Shown: positions 10,580 to 20,698, numbered from the stretch's first letter. The stretch: DNA of 64,000 nucleotides from Candidatus Bathyarchaeota archaeon (GCA_963707955.1 OY970176.1:512001-576000), one strand, 5' to 3'. Numbers and translations: made by a program. Notes: generated by a model from the letters alone, not told the origin.

Positions 10580-11494
10580 TCACGAAGGGCCTTCGGGTTT
10601 GAGAACCTTTGCTCCTTTACGAACACGCTGCATGAAAAGGGGAATAAGCTTCTCAGCGATCAAAAAAGCGCACGTGCCATAGATGACGCCGCCGATCACG
10701 TCTATTACATAATGCTCGCCAAGATAGACTGCACTGAACCAAACCCCAATGGGAAACACGATTATGGGTAGGGCTTTCGCTTTCTTTATCTTAAATGCGA
10801 AAAGTGAAATCAGCCAAGGATACATTGCGTGAAGACTAGGAAATGCCGCATTTGGGTTAGCTGAAACGAAATCGATGAGGGTGCGATAGAAAGGGATACC
10901 GATGTTTTTATCCACTTGCAACAAAATTCGAGTTACTCCAGTCACCGCGGACCATGGAGGCGCAACCGGATATATCAGAAATGTTACCAGGGCGCTGTAG
11001 GTGCCGATCGCAAGGACTAGGACGTATTTCCCAAAGTTTTCGGGACGGTACTTCCACAGCAAAAAGCCGAAAACTGCTGGAGCTATAAAATGCAAAGAAT
11101 AAAAAAAGGCACAAAGATAGTCCAAAAAGGGAGTTCTACAAAACTGTTGAAGCACAAGAGTCGGGATCGAACCGAACAGTCGCAACTCAAGATTTATAGG
11201 CTCGCTAACGTGCACAGTCAGTGCAAGGCTGCCAACCAAGCCATTCATGGCTTCATAACTTAAGAACAACGACACAAACGGAAACCAGTCTTTTACGAAA
11301 CGGCGAGTCCACTTGTTATACGCAGCGTAAACGAAGAAACATAGCGCTATCAACTCAGGCCCTGGAAGAACGCCATATGCTAGACAGAAAGCACTTAATA
11401 CCAACAAATAAACAGCAGGCAACGCAACCCCTAGGATGCGCGAAGAACGATAGTCGGACTTCGCCTCAAGCTTTGATCCAACTTCGTCTACCAT
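10580..11494 (-). CDS. PAP2-superfamily membrane phosphatase/phosphotransferase (AUR1-like)
   Basis: PVAPPW, AAFPSLH, HYVIDVIGG motifs; multiple TM. Confidence 0.88.
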   Translation of the reverse strand: MVDEVGSKLEAKSDYRSSRILGVALPAVYLLVLSAFCLAYGVLPGPELIALCFFVYAAYNKWTRRFVKDWFPFVSLFLSYEAMNGLVGSLALTVHVSEPINLELRLFGSIPTLVLQQFCRTPFLDYLCAFFYSLHFIAPAVFGFLLWKYRPENFGKYVLVLAIGTYSALVTFLIYPVAPPWSAVTGVTRILLQVDKNIGIPFYRTLIDFVSANPNAAFPSLHAMYPWLISLFAFKIKKAKALPIIVFPIGVWFSAVYLGEHYVIDVIGGVIYGTCAFLIAEKLIPLFMQRVRKGAKVLKPEGPS

Positions 11495-11551
11495 AGGTAT
11501 TCCCTTACCCTGCTGTAGCGCACGGGTTATAATGCGTCCTCAAGAACTGTG

Positions 11552-11586
11552 TATTATTTAACGTTTTTCAGAATTAAAGCCAATTC
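11552..11586 (-). promoter_or_regulatory. Same promoter motif (copy 3), ahead of the PAP2 gene
   Basis: tattatttaacgtttttcagaattaaagccaattc. Confidence 0.5.
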
Positions 11587-12172
11587 TATTTCTAGTCTAT
11601 CCATCGCCGAGACGATTGATGCGTACGAAGTCCGCAAAAATCAACCCGTGAGTGCTTATTTGCATGGCGATGGTAACGCCAGAGACCCATGCGAGGACAT
11701 GAAGAAGTGGTCTTCAGAGATGAGGAGGCGACATTCTATTGTTATCGATCCAAATGGAGCAAGCTTTAAGGATGAAAGACTCGATATTTTTCTGATGGAA
11801 ACGGATATCCTGTGAGAGACTTGAGGGTTGATGACGCCGAGAGTCGCCATGCAAACGCATGATGTAACCAAGATATTCAAGTCGAAGGTCAGAAGTCTGG
11901 AGCATCGAAGTTCCATCTTTGAGCGCAGAACGCGCGTCTATTCAGATGGTTCTGCCTGAAATCTTAACATTAGCCCTCACGTGTGCCATATTGTAGCCGT
12001 TAGGTTATTTCATCTATTCATGGTGCCTAAGAACTGCCAGAAAGAATGGAACATTATCATGGTTCTAAGCCTTTTCTGCAGATCTGATCAATGCCGCCTT
12101 ATGGCATGGTGGCTTGCGCTTAGAGAAATCCGTGAAAATGACGCAAAAAAGTAGGAATTCGCATCTTGGAAA

Positions 12173-12272
12173 TGGTAGCCCGGGAGAGATTCGAACTCTC
12201 GTCGGCGGGTCCAAAGCCCGCTATGCTTGTCCACTACAATCGGCGGAAAGGTGTTCTTCCCTCCACCGGGCT
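12173..12272 (-). tRNA. tRNA-Gln(TTG) with a 24-nt BHB intron at position 10/11 (intron 12239-12262)
   Basis: Acceptor AGCCCGG/CCGGGCT, encoded CCA, anticodon arm GCGGG-CTTTGGA-CCCGC, T arm GAGAG-TTCGAAT-CTCTC; removing the intron restores D stem GTGT/GCAT. Confidence 0.92.
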
Positions 12273-12433
12273 TCTCCGGGCCACTCAGATAGACATTTTA
12301 CCCTCCTAATAAGTCTCCCATTAACTTTTTCGGAGGTTTTCTCAACTATAGCGGAGAAAATGGAAGACCCCAGCATGTCATGATCAAAAGATGAAACTGG
12401 CATCAACCCTTAGACCTGAACGGAAACTAATAT

Positions 12434-13305
12434 GCGCGCTAGCGGGTTCCTAAATTCGCTTTTTCAGGCGTGACGAGTTGGTTCATGTCCTACAGACGAT
12501 ACTTCGCGCTTTAATAGTCACACAGTCATCCACGGATCAACATAGCCCTATATAAAACGTGTTCGCGAATGAATTTGGGAACGAGGTCCTGTGAATGGCT
12601 TCCTACGCCGCGTTGCTGACGGCACTCATTTTTTAAAGGTTAAGCGTGCGAAAAATCCAAAATTGCATTAGAAGTGAATGATACCTAGACTGGTCATCGA
12701 GCGGGTTTGGGTCTGTATCTGTTTCTTTCGGAGAAGAAGTCGATCACTCTGGATTCTGTCAAGAACTTTGCATAGTGTTTTGCTTGGGCAGGAATGACGT
12801 ATTCATCGCCTTTCTCGCAGATTCTGGGCTTGCCTTCGATGATCAATTCCATTTTTCCTTCTATCATGATTCCCCATTGAGAATAGTCATGAGTGTGCTC
12901 TGGCACTTTTGCGGATGATTCCATTTCGAAGAAGACCAGCTGCTGCTTCTCCCCCTGCAGGATCCATGCTCTGACTCCTTTGAGTTGAATGTCTGCTTCT
13001 GGTAGACGCGTTATGACCTCAGGAAAACCTTGCCCACGTCTACCCTTAGCATCGTCCAAACGTTCCACCCGCAGGCTGAACAAACACAGGAAGAAGTATT
13101 AATGTTTGCGCTCCTGAGCGCCATCTAGATCGTGAGATTCTATCTTCTAAAATGCGTTGTCGCTACAGCGAGCGGTGCGCGCTTTTGCTTGCATTACCTG
13201 GTTCAAGGGTGATAGCGTGAACTATGACGGTGGCAACTTCATGTGGATCGCAAAACCTAACTCTAAGACGCTAGAAAAAGGGAATTTGGGAACCCGCTAG
13301 CGCGC
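12434..13305. mobile_element. Non-autonomous TIR element carrying a cupin gene
   Basis: 38-bp inverted repeats at 12434-12471 and 13268-13305 (34/38 identical), each ending in GCGCGC; no transposase. Confidence 0.7.
12694..13083 (-). CDS. Cupin domain protein
   Basis: VPEHTHDYSQWG and IPAQAKH cupin motifs. Confidence 0.85.
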   Translation of the reverse strand: MFSLRVERLDDAKGRRGQGFPEVITRLPEADIQLKGVRAWILQGEKQQLVFFEMESSAKVPEHTHDYSQWGIMIEGKMELIIEGKPRICEKGDEYVIPAQAKHYAKFLTESRVIDFFSERNRYRPKPAR

Positions 13306-13481
13306 TAGATGCAATAACACTAAAGGTATTGATAGAAGTTCCATTCATTTTTTTGAATCAATAGCTTCTGTAGAGATTCGAGATCTGTGGACAGAATATT
13401 CTTGAGAGGACCACAAAGCTTATATATTAAAACATGTCACGTGGATAGCTACGCGGAACCGAACGTTCTGTTTTCTGAACA

Positions 13482-14471
13482 ATGATGAAGAATCACGACG
13501 GTTCTACGGAAAAATGTTCGAGGCGAAATGGATTGAGTAAGAAAGAAGGCGCAATTCGCCAACGCCTAATCGACAAGTGCCCGGAATGTGGTAGCTCAAA
13601 CCTTGTCCATGATTATGACACTGGTGAAACAGTTTGTGGTGATTGTGGACTCGTTTTGTACGAGCAGATGATGGACAAGGGACCAGAATGGCGTGCCTTC
13701 ACTCAGGAAGAGAAGGCATCTAGAAGCCGCGTTGGAGTGCCAACGTCCTATTCTGTTCATGATAAGGGCTTGTCAACGGCCATAAGCCAGGTTGACCGAG
13801 ACGCCTTTGGGAGAAAACTTCCGCTTTCAACGCGCCTGCAGATGTGGCGTCTCAGAAAATGGCAGATAAGGTCAAGAGTACACTCCTCGATCGATAGAAA
13901 CTTGGCCCAAGCAATGGCAGAACTTGACCGACTGTCAGACAAGGTGTACATTCCGCCGCCGACAAAGGAGAAGGCAGCGGTAACCTACCGTAAGGCCCTC
14001 GATAAAGGCTTGGTCCGTGGCAGGTCAATCGCAGCCATCGCTGCAGCCGCGCTCTACGCGGCGTGCCGTGGAAGCGGAACACCAAGAACCCTCCGTGAAA
14101 TCGCGGAGGCGAGCCTAGTCGACAAGAAAGACGTTGCGCGATGTTACCGGTTGCTGCTGCGCGAGCTTGAAGTGCACATGCCAATCGCGGATCCCCTTAC
14201 GTACGTTTCAAAGATAGCTGAGAGAACCGGAATAAGCGGCAAGACCCAGGGAATCGCCATACAGATCCTGCGGGAAGCCAGGAAGAGAAGAGCTGCTGCG
14301 GGAAAAGACCCCATGGGGTTAGCAGCTGCGTCACTGTACATTGCATGCTTGAAAAACAACGAAAAGAAGACACAGAAAGACATAGCTGAGGCGGCAGGCG
14401 TCACCGAAGTCACGGTTAGAAACCGTTACAAAAGCCTGAAGAAACAGCTAAACTTAGAGGTACCAGACTAA
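13482..14471 (+). CDS. tfb: Transcription initiation factor IIB
   Basis: Zn ribbon CPECG...CGDCG, B-reader GPEWRAF, two cyclin repeats (RGRS, GKDP, GVTEVTVRNRY); start uncertain. Confidence 0.96.
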   Translation: MMKNHDGSTEKCSRRNGLSKKEGAIRQRLIDKCPECGSSNLVHDYDTGETVCGDCGLVLYEQMMDKGPEWRAFTQEEKASRSRVGVPTSYSVHDKGLSTAISQVDRDAFGRKLPLSTRLQMWRLRKWQIRSRVHSSIDRNLAQAMAELDRLSDKVYIPPPTKEKAAVTYRKALDKGLVRGRSIAAIAAAALYAACRGSGTPRTLREIAEASLVDKKDVARCYRLLLRELEVHMPIADPLTYVSKIAERTGISGKTQGIAIQILREARKRRAAAGKDPMGLAAASLYIACLKNNEKKTQKDIAEAAGVTEVTVRNRYKSLKKQLNLEVPD

Positions 14472-14491
14472 CCGAAAGCACACGGGCTCGG

Positions 14492-14695
14492 CTAGCTTTC
14501 CTCTTTTTCAAGTTCCATGATCAACAGGCCATAGTATCCGCATTTGTTACAAACATATTTTTTCGGCGTCAGCCAGTAATCTGTGCTGCTGGACAGGTGG
14601 ATCTCGGGACTTCCGCATCTCGGGCAGTATATCTTTGACGGCCGTCGACGCTTCATAGTCTTAAATAGTTCACCTATGTCTCGCAGCTTTCCCAT
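14492..14695 (-). CDS. Small zinc-ribbon protein
   Basis: CPRCG...YVCNKCGY. Confidence 0.7.
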   Translation of the reverse strand: MGKLRDIGELFKTMKRRRPSKIYCPRCGSPEIHLSSSTDYWLTPKKYVCNKCGYYGLLIMELEKEES

Positions 14696-14722
14696 GTTGC
14701 GCCTGCATCCCTGACTGTGCTA

Positions 14723-15031
14723 TTATTGAAGCTCTATGTTCTCCTGTGGGTATCCCTTGCGTATCAAGAACTGGCGGACCCTTTCTCGATGGTCTCCTTG
14801 AAGCATAATCTGACCATTTTTCGCCGTTCCGCCGCATGCACAGAAGCCTTTCAACTCTTTGGCAATTTCCGGCAGGTTATTGTTTTTCTCGTCTATGCCG
14901 TCAACTATCGTCGTTGGTTTCCCGAACTTGCGTGTTTCGAGGCGTATACGGATTCGCAGTTGTTCCTTTTCGATTTCACCACAAGCGCATAAGTCCTTCG
15001 GCAGCCCGCATGTGGAACAAATTTCAGCCAT
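14723..15031 (-). CDS. Translation initiation factor aIF1 (SUI1 homolog)
   Basis: MAEICSTCGLPKDLC, CACGGT, LQGDHR. Confidence 0.93.
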   Translation of the reverse strand: MAEICSTCGLPKDLCACGEIEKEQLRIRIRLETRKFGKPTTIVDGIDEKNNNLPEIAKELKGFCACGGTAKNGQIMLQGDHRERVRQFLIRKGYPQENIELQ

Positions 15032-15223
15032 TTCGCTCAGCTGTACAATTGTTTTAGGGGTATATAAGAGTTTCAAATCATTGCTCTGTAAGCTAGCTCT
15101 ATGCGGCATAACGGTTTCGCCGAATAGAAACTCACCTTCCTTTCAAGAATGAATCATTTTGCAATAGAGCTTTAACGTTTGTTACGAAAGTCTTTAATCA
15201 AAAACTCCAGTGAAAGTACGCTC

Positions 15224-16372
15224 ATGAAGGTACTAGTTCTGGGTTCTGGAAACATCGGCTCAACGGCAGCAGGGGATATTGCCAAGAACATGAGTTCCTC
15301 CGACATCGTTATCGCTGACCAGGACGCAAGAAGAGCAAAGGATGTTGCTGATCAAATCGGCGAAAGCAACGTTTCATGGGTTCATCTGGACGCAGCAAAT
15401 CGTGGCCAGCTGCTTAACACACTGAAGGACTGTGACTTGGCCATGGGTTTTCTGCCTGGAAATCTTGGGTATAGTTTGATGAAAGCGTGCATCGAAGCAC
15501 GAAAGGATCTGGTTGACGTTTCTTATATGGCCGAGAACCCGTTAAGGCTTCATCAAGCCGCAACAAGTGCTGGCATTACGATCGTGCCAGACTGCGGATT
15601 GGCCCCTGGCATCAGCAATCTCATCGTGGGACACGCCTTTCAAAAGCTAGACAAAACGAACGCTGTTCACGTAATGGTGGGCGGTCTGCCAGAAAAACCA
15701 ATTCCGCCTCTGGGCTATATTGTCACTTGGTCTCCTGAAAGCCTAATCGACGAGTACACGAGAAAAGCGATAATAGTAAAGCGAGGCCGCAGGCTTCAGG
15801 TTGAAGCCTTGAGTGGGATGGAAAACATCGAGTTTCCAGAAGTCGGAAAGCTCGAAGCCTTTTTCACCGACGGACTCAGAACGCTTCTTTACACGATGGA
15901 TGGCGTAGGAGACATGTGGGAGAAAACACTAAGGTATCCTGGGCATGCTGAGAAGATAAAACTGCTTCAAGCCATAGGTTTGTTCAAAGAGGAGAAGATT
16001 AAAGTTGAAGGCATAGAGGTTTCGCCTAGAAAGCTCACGGTAAAGCTTCTTGAGCAGACACTGCGGAAGCCTGAGGTTAAAGATTTCGTGGCGCTGAAGG
16101 TCGAAGTCTATGGAGTCAAGAATGGCGAGGAAACGGGCTACACCTATCACATGTTGGACAATTGTGATAGAAAGCACGGGATAACTGCCATGGCCAGAAC
16201 AACGGCCTACCCGATGTCGATTGTTGCCCAGTTGATACTGGGCGGAGCCATCAAAGAGAAAGGCGTAGTTCCTCCTGAAAGGTTAGGCATGGACGACAGT
16301 GTCTTCAGAATCTTCTGGGACGGTTTAAAAAAGCGAAGAATACAGATTAGCGAAAAGAGGCTGAGTTGCTAA
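15224..16372 (+). CDS. Saccharopine dehydrogenase / lysine 6-dehydrogenase family oxidoreductase
   Basis: Rossmann GSGNIG, DCGLAPGISN, EKTLRYPGH, AMARTT. Confidence 0.88.
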   Translation: MKVLVLGSGNIGSTAAGDIAKNMSSSDIVIADQDARRAKDVADQIGESNVSWVHLDAANRGQLLNTLKDCDLAMGFLPGNLGYSLMKACIEARKDLVDVSYMAENPLRLHQAATSAGITIVPDCGLAPGISNLIVGHAFQKLDKTNAVHVMVGGLPEKPIPPLGYIVTWSPESLIDEYTRKAIIVKRGRRLQVEALSGMENIEFPEVGKLEAFFTDGLRTLLYTMDGVGDMWEKTLRYPGHAEKIKLLQAIGLFKEEKIKVEGIEVSPRKLTVKLLEQTLRKPEVKDFVALKVEVYGVKNGEETGYTYHMLDNCDRKHGITAMARTTAYPMSIVAQLILGGAIKEKGVVPPERLGMDDSVFRIFWDGLKKRRIQISEKRLSC

Positions 16373-16496
16373 GCGTACATGTGTGACCTGATGACCGTCA
16401 AGGAACCAACTTGTCTGGGGCTTCTTGTAGACAAACGGTAAACTTAAAAGCCATCATGGAAAGGATATTTGCTAATTGACGACGAGGAGCATTGTA

Positions 16497-17699
16497 ATGC
16501 AAGACCGTCCAGCAATAGTTGCTGCTGGAAGAACACGATTCGGAGAACACTATGAGAAAGAGCCTGAAAAGCTGATTGAAGAAGCGTGGCTTAAGGCTTC
16601 GGCGGAAACAAACATAGAACGTAAAGACCTGGAAGCCTGCTATCTTTCAGACTACTTTCTCCCGATCACCAACAAGCTCGGTCTAGAGGAAGGCTTTCTG
16701 TCTGAACTAACCGAGCTCCATACTCCTATGGAAGTGACTCGATCCTTCAGCTCTGCCCTCTCAAATGCGTGCAACGCCATCCAAGCTGGAAAGCATGACA
16801 TGGTCTTGGTGGGCGGAATAGAAAAAATGACAGACCGCTGGGACAAGATACGCGACGACCTCATGCTCCTTGAAGACCCGTGGAGCTACTACGCGGGGTG
16901 TACGCCGGAAGCAAACCATGAACTGATGCTAAGAGCTTACATTAAAAAATACGGCTTCGCTGGAGACAACTTGGAGAAGCTCAACACCGCTTTGGCCCAG
17001 ATTTCAGTCAAGAACCACTTGCACGGCGCAAGAAACGAATACGCGCAATACCAAAGGGAGATATCCGTTGAACAAGTGTTGAACGCCAGAAAAGAGGCAC
17101 ACAAACCTTTAGGGCTTTATGACTATGCACCTATTTCTGACGGTGCAGCCATAATCGTCTTGGCCAGCGAAGAGGTTGCGAAGAAGTGTACCGACAAACC
17201 AGTCTACATCCTGGGATCTTCTTCAGCAACAGACTATCTAACCTACCCGGCAAGAGCGGATATGACCCACTTCTTAGTGACCCGAAATTCCATGAAGAAC
17301 GCTCTCAAAATGGCTGGAAGAGCCCTGTGGGACATCCAAGTTGCTGAACTCTACGATCAATCCACGGTCATGGAAATGGTTTCGCTTGAGGACCTAGGTT
17401 TCTGCGAGCCTGGAACGGCTTGGATGAACATATTCGAAAGCTGTTTGGACTACAAGGGCTACTACGAGATGGACGGTCACAAGCTTTTCGTGAACATGAA
17501 CGGCGGATTGAAAGCAGACGGAAACCCTTTAGGAGCAACGGGCGGCGCCCAAATCTTTGAGGTCGTAAAGCAGCTGAGAGGCGAGGCCTGTGAACGTCAA
17601 GTCAAAAGCGATGAAGAGCTGAAGTACGGCTGTGTGCTTGAGCTTGAGGGCTTCGGAACCAAAGGCTACGTCCACATTCTAGGGAGAGACTCGAAATGA
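16497..17699 (+). CDS. Thiolase-fold protein lacking the canonical catalytic residues
   Basis: GGIEKM, APISDGAA, NMNGGLKA..G.PLGATG present; no CASG cysteine, HDCF replaced by YDQS, GHP by GNP. Confidence 0.85.
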   Translation: MQDRPAIVAAGRTRFGEHYEKEPEKLIEEAWLKASAETNIERKDLEACYLSDYFLPITNKLGLEEGFLSELTELHTPMEVTRSFSSALSNACNAIQAGKHDMVLVGGIEKMTDRWDKIRDDLMLLEDPWSYYAGCTPEANHELMLRAYIKKYGFAGDNLEKLNTALAQISVKNHLHGARNEYAQYQREISVEQVLNARKEAHKPLGLYDYAPISDGAAIIVLASEEVAKKCTDKPVYILGSSSATDYLTYPARADMTHFLVTRNSMKNALKMAGRALWDIQVAELYDQSTVMEMVSLEDLGFCEPGTAWMNIFESCLDYKGYYEMDGHKLFVNMNGGLKADGNPLGATGGAQIFEVVKQLRGEACERQVKSDEELKYGCVLELEGFGTKGYVHILGRDSK

Positions 17700-19204
17700 G
17701 CAGCGAACCGATAGAGAGAAGAGTTTCTTACCTTGGAGACAGGCTGAGGGGTAACCGTTGTCTAATATGTGGAAAGGAATATTTCGAGATCAGAGACTAC
17801 TGCGGAAACTGTGGAAGAAAAAGCTACGGCAAGATGGAGGAAAACGACCTCTTCTACGAAAAGGGCAAACTCGAAGTCTGCACACTCATCAACGAGCCAA
17901 CAAACAAGTTCTCTAAGCTCGGAAACTACATCTACGGCATAGTTTCATTCCACGATGGAAAGATACGCGTCCCAGGGCGCCTCACGGACCGAACGCCGAA
18001 ATGCAACGAGAACGTCGATTTTTCAACCCTTGAGGGACGGACCGTCGTCCCGAGGTTCCGCAGACGCTACTCGGTTGACAGAAACGATGTTGTTCCGACG
18101 ATCTCTCTGGCGTTCACGTTTGCCGACGAGTATTATCCACATCAAGAATACAAGGCGGCAAAGCCGAAGAAGGAATATGATTCGCCTGGCATCGTAGGCT
18201 ACGGCGTTTACACTTCAAAGTTCAGGATAAAGGAAGGAAACATCGAGCGCTCAGTCCCATTCATAGACGAGGACTCCATAACCGCTGCGGTCGAGGCTGG
18301 AAAGCTCGCGCTCATCCACGCCAGAGTCGGCAGCAACCATATCGGCAAGATCTACGTAGGCTCGGAGTCGAACCCCTACGCCGTCAAGCCCATAGCGTCA
18401 AAGGTTGCGCAGGTGTTGAAGCTAGGAGAGGAAGATGAGGACGTGCAGGGAGTTGACGCCGTGGACACGGAGTTCGCTTGCAAAGCGGCCACCAGCATGT
18501 TCAAGGATGCAGCTTCACTGGTCAATTATCCAAAGTCAAACATCGAGTACACCATGGTCACCGGCACCGATAACGCGCAAGCAGCGCCAAGAGACTGCGC
18601 TGGCGGAGAACTGGACCTATTCGTAGGGTATGGTGCAGCATCATTCATATTCGGAAAGTGTGACGTTATCGCCGAGATCGAAGGATGGTACTCTTGCACC
18701 TCAGACACTCCTGACTTCTGGCGAAGGGACGGTGAACCGTATCCGATGCATGGTGGAAGGTTCACAGGGGACCCAACCTACTTCAAGCACGTAAGAAAGT
18801 CGGCTAAGAAACTGATGGAACGGCTCAATCTGCAGGTTGCTGACGTAAACTATTTTGTCGCCCACCAGCCTAACGTTCAATTTCCAGTGCGGATAGCAAA
18901 AGAACTGGGCTTCAAGGAAGAACAGTATTTGCCCATGCTTCAAGTAGCGAAATTCGGCAACACGTATTCGGGCGCTTCGCCAGTCGGTCTCGCAGCCGTG
19001 CTTGACATCGCCAAGCCAGATGAACGAATCGTTATTGCAAGCTACGGTTCAGGAGCGGGAAGCGACGCTTACTCGTTCCTAGCGACAAGTCAGATACTTG
19101 AAAAAAGGCAGAACCAGAAGCTCACAGTCAGGTATCAAGCAGAAAACCCCTTCGTAGAGTACGTGGACTACACGACATACAGACGATTGAAAGCCGGAAT
19201 GTAG
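17696..19204 (+). CDS. DUF35 (zinc ribbon/OB-fold) fused to HMG-CoA synthase
   Basis: N-terminal CLICG...CGNCG plus OB-like strands; C-terminal GSES, EFACKA, HQPN, GNTYSG, SYGSGAGSD. Confidence 0.88.
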   Translation: MSSEPIERRVSYLGDRLRGNRCLICGKEYFEIRDYCGNCGRKSYGKMEENDLFYEKGKLEVCTLINEPTNKFSKLGNYIYGIVSFHDGKIRVPGRLTDRTPKCNENVDFSTLEGRTVVPRFRRRYSVDRNDVVPTISLAFTFADEYYPHQEYKAAKPKKEYDSPGIVGYGVYTSKFRIKEGNIERSVPFIDEDSITAAVEAGKLALIHARVGSNHIGKIYVGSESNPYAVKPIASKVAQVLKLGEEDEDVQGVDAVDTEFACKAATSMFKDAASLVNYPKSNIEYTMVTGTDNAQAAPRDCAGGELDLFVGYGAASFIFGKCDVIAEIEGWYSCTSDTPDFWRRDGEPYPMHGGRFTGDPTYFKHVRKSAKKLMERLNLQVADVNYFVAHQPNVQFPVRIAKELGFKEEQYLPMLQVAKFGNTYSGASPVGLAAVLDIAKPDERIVIASYGSGAGSDAYSFLATSQILEKRQNQKLTVRYQAENPFVEYVDYTTYRRLKAGM

Positions 19205-19251
19205 AAAACCATTAATAAGCCTTCAGCAACTTAAGAGCGGAGCGCAAGGAA

Positions 19252-20427
19252 TTGCGGATTCCTAACTTACTCAAAGTCATTTACGCCCCGCACAAAGCAG
19301 TCAAAGAAATAGCTGCAAACCCGACGTACTGGGGTCCCCTCCTCATAGTGGTTCTTTTTGTCGCAGCAAACGTGGGGTTCGTTTACATAAGCTCATCAAA
19401 AACCTACTTTGAGCAGACATTGCCCAACGGTGTGAACCATGATGTATGGACTGAGAACGAGACGTTCTGGACATCGAATAATGCCACCGTCAGTGAGAGC
19501 AGTGATGTTATCCCTGTAAGCTACCCCGCCAACGTGCGCCAATACTATGGAACCAAGAGCATAGTTTTTTCGATAAACAGCAGTGAGATCTGGATGGAGT
19601 TGAGTAACATAGGGCCCATCAACTGCTCCAGTCCAGATGGCTACGACAAACTTGATTTCAGAGTGAAACAGCTCAGTCCACAGAACAGCACGGTCAACGC
19701 CACCATTGACCTCTTCTCAACAAGCCCTTCTGACTCTTTTTATTACGATCTGACTCAAAACTTCTCCAGCTCTACCTTTAATGAATGGAACAATCTGACG
19801 GACATCCAGCTCGGTTCAGGATGGAACAAAGTCAATGCCGGTGCAGACTGGAGCAACATCACTGGTTTGAAGCTGGACCTCACATGGCCAGCCGTTTCGA
19901 ACATATCCTTGGTGGTGTATGGTCTGTTTTTCCACGGTCCGTACGCATCTTCCCTAGAGAGCGCGGGCAGCTCTTACGTGTTTAGCGTTGCTTTTTCATA
20001 CGCTTTGCAGTTTGTCATCACATGGGTTATCCTCGGAGGAATACTCTACGTGCTTTCAAAGGCGCTAGGTGCAAAGCTCGTCTGGAAACCGTTGTTAATC
20101 GTGATCGGATGCGTCCTTATCACCATGGTCGTCCAAGCGGTTGTGAACGTTGCCGCTTGGGGAACTCTGTCTAACGTCTACGTTCCTTTTGCGCTGGAGG
20201 GTGGCGTCCCTAGCGAAGGTCAAGCTGCTTTAAACGCGATTTCAAATCAGACCTATTTTGTTTCTCTGACGGCAACGGTCATTCAGATAGCAACGTACGT
20301 CTGGACCATAGCACTAGCCGGACTCGCCGTTCACCAGCTCGGCAAGTTTGGTTGGACCAAGAGCTTTCTGGCAGCAACAGTGGCTTACTTCGTAACTCTG
20401 TTCATAGCAAGCTTCTTGTTCGCATAA
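19252..20427 (+). CDS. Yip1-like membrane protein with a large extracellular insert
   Basis: N-terminal TM, N-x-S/T-rich loop, several C-terminal TMs. Confidence 0.7.
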   Translation: MRIPNLLKVIYAPHKAVKEIAANPTYWGPLLIVVLFVAANVGFVYISSSKTYFEQTLPNGVNHDVWTENETFWTSNNATVSESSDVIPVSYPANVRQYYGTKSIVFSINSSEIWMELSNIGPINCSSPDGYDKLDFRVKQLSPQNSTVNATIDLFSTSPSDSFYYDLTQNFSSSTFNEWNNLTDIQLGSGWNKVNAGADWSNITGLKLDLTWPAVSNISLVVYGLFFHGPYASSLESAGSSYVFSVAFSYALQFVITWVILGGILYVLSKALGAKLVWKPLLIVIGCVLITMVVQAVVNVAAWGTLSNVYVPFALEGGVPSEGQAALNAISNQTYFVSLTATVIQIATYVWTIALAGLAVHQLGKFGWTKSFLAATVAYFVTLFIASFLFA

Positions 20428-20595
20428 GAACCGTGAAGCAGGCAACTTGAAAAAAAGAAGCCCCGCTTTTTGTTTCTTGTGGACTAGCCTACCATTAGTC
20501 AAGCTTCATTCAGCCGCAACGACAGGGCACTATTATCGGTAATCCCCAGACGCGTCCCATCACAATAACTCCAGTGTTTTCGATTGAAAAGACAA

Positions 20596-20698
20596 TGGTT
20601 CCGATTGTTTTCGCAATGCCTGTCTGCTTAGTCTTCGGCCCTTGCCTCCAAGGAAGACTTCCAAGCTGAACGCTGCTGAAGCGGTGCGTTATGAATAG
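20596..20698 (+). pseudogene. Relic of an ABC permease C-terminus
   Basis: RKTSKLNAAEAVRYE* matches the usual MacB-type permease end; upstream sequence decayed. Confidence 0.5.

Noticed and set aside
12114-12406. Two short ORFs over the tRNA-Gln locus
   Set aside because: Translations of the tRNA gene and flanks.
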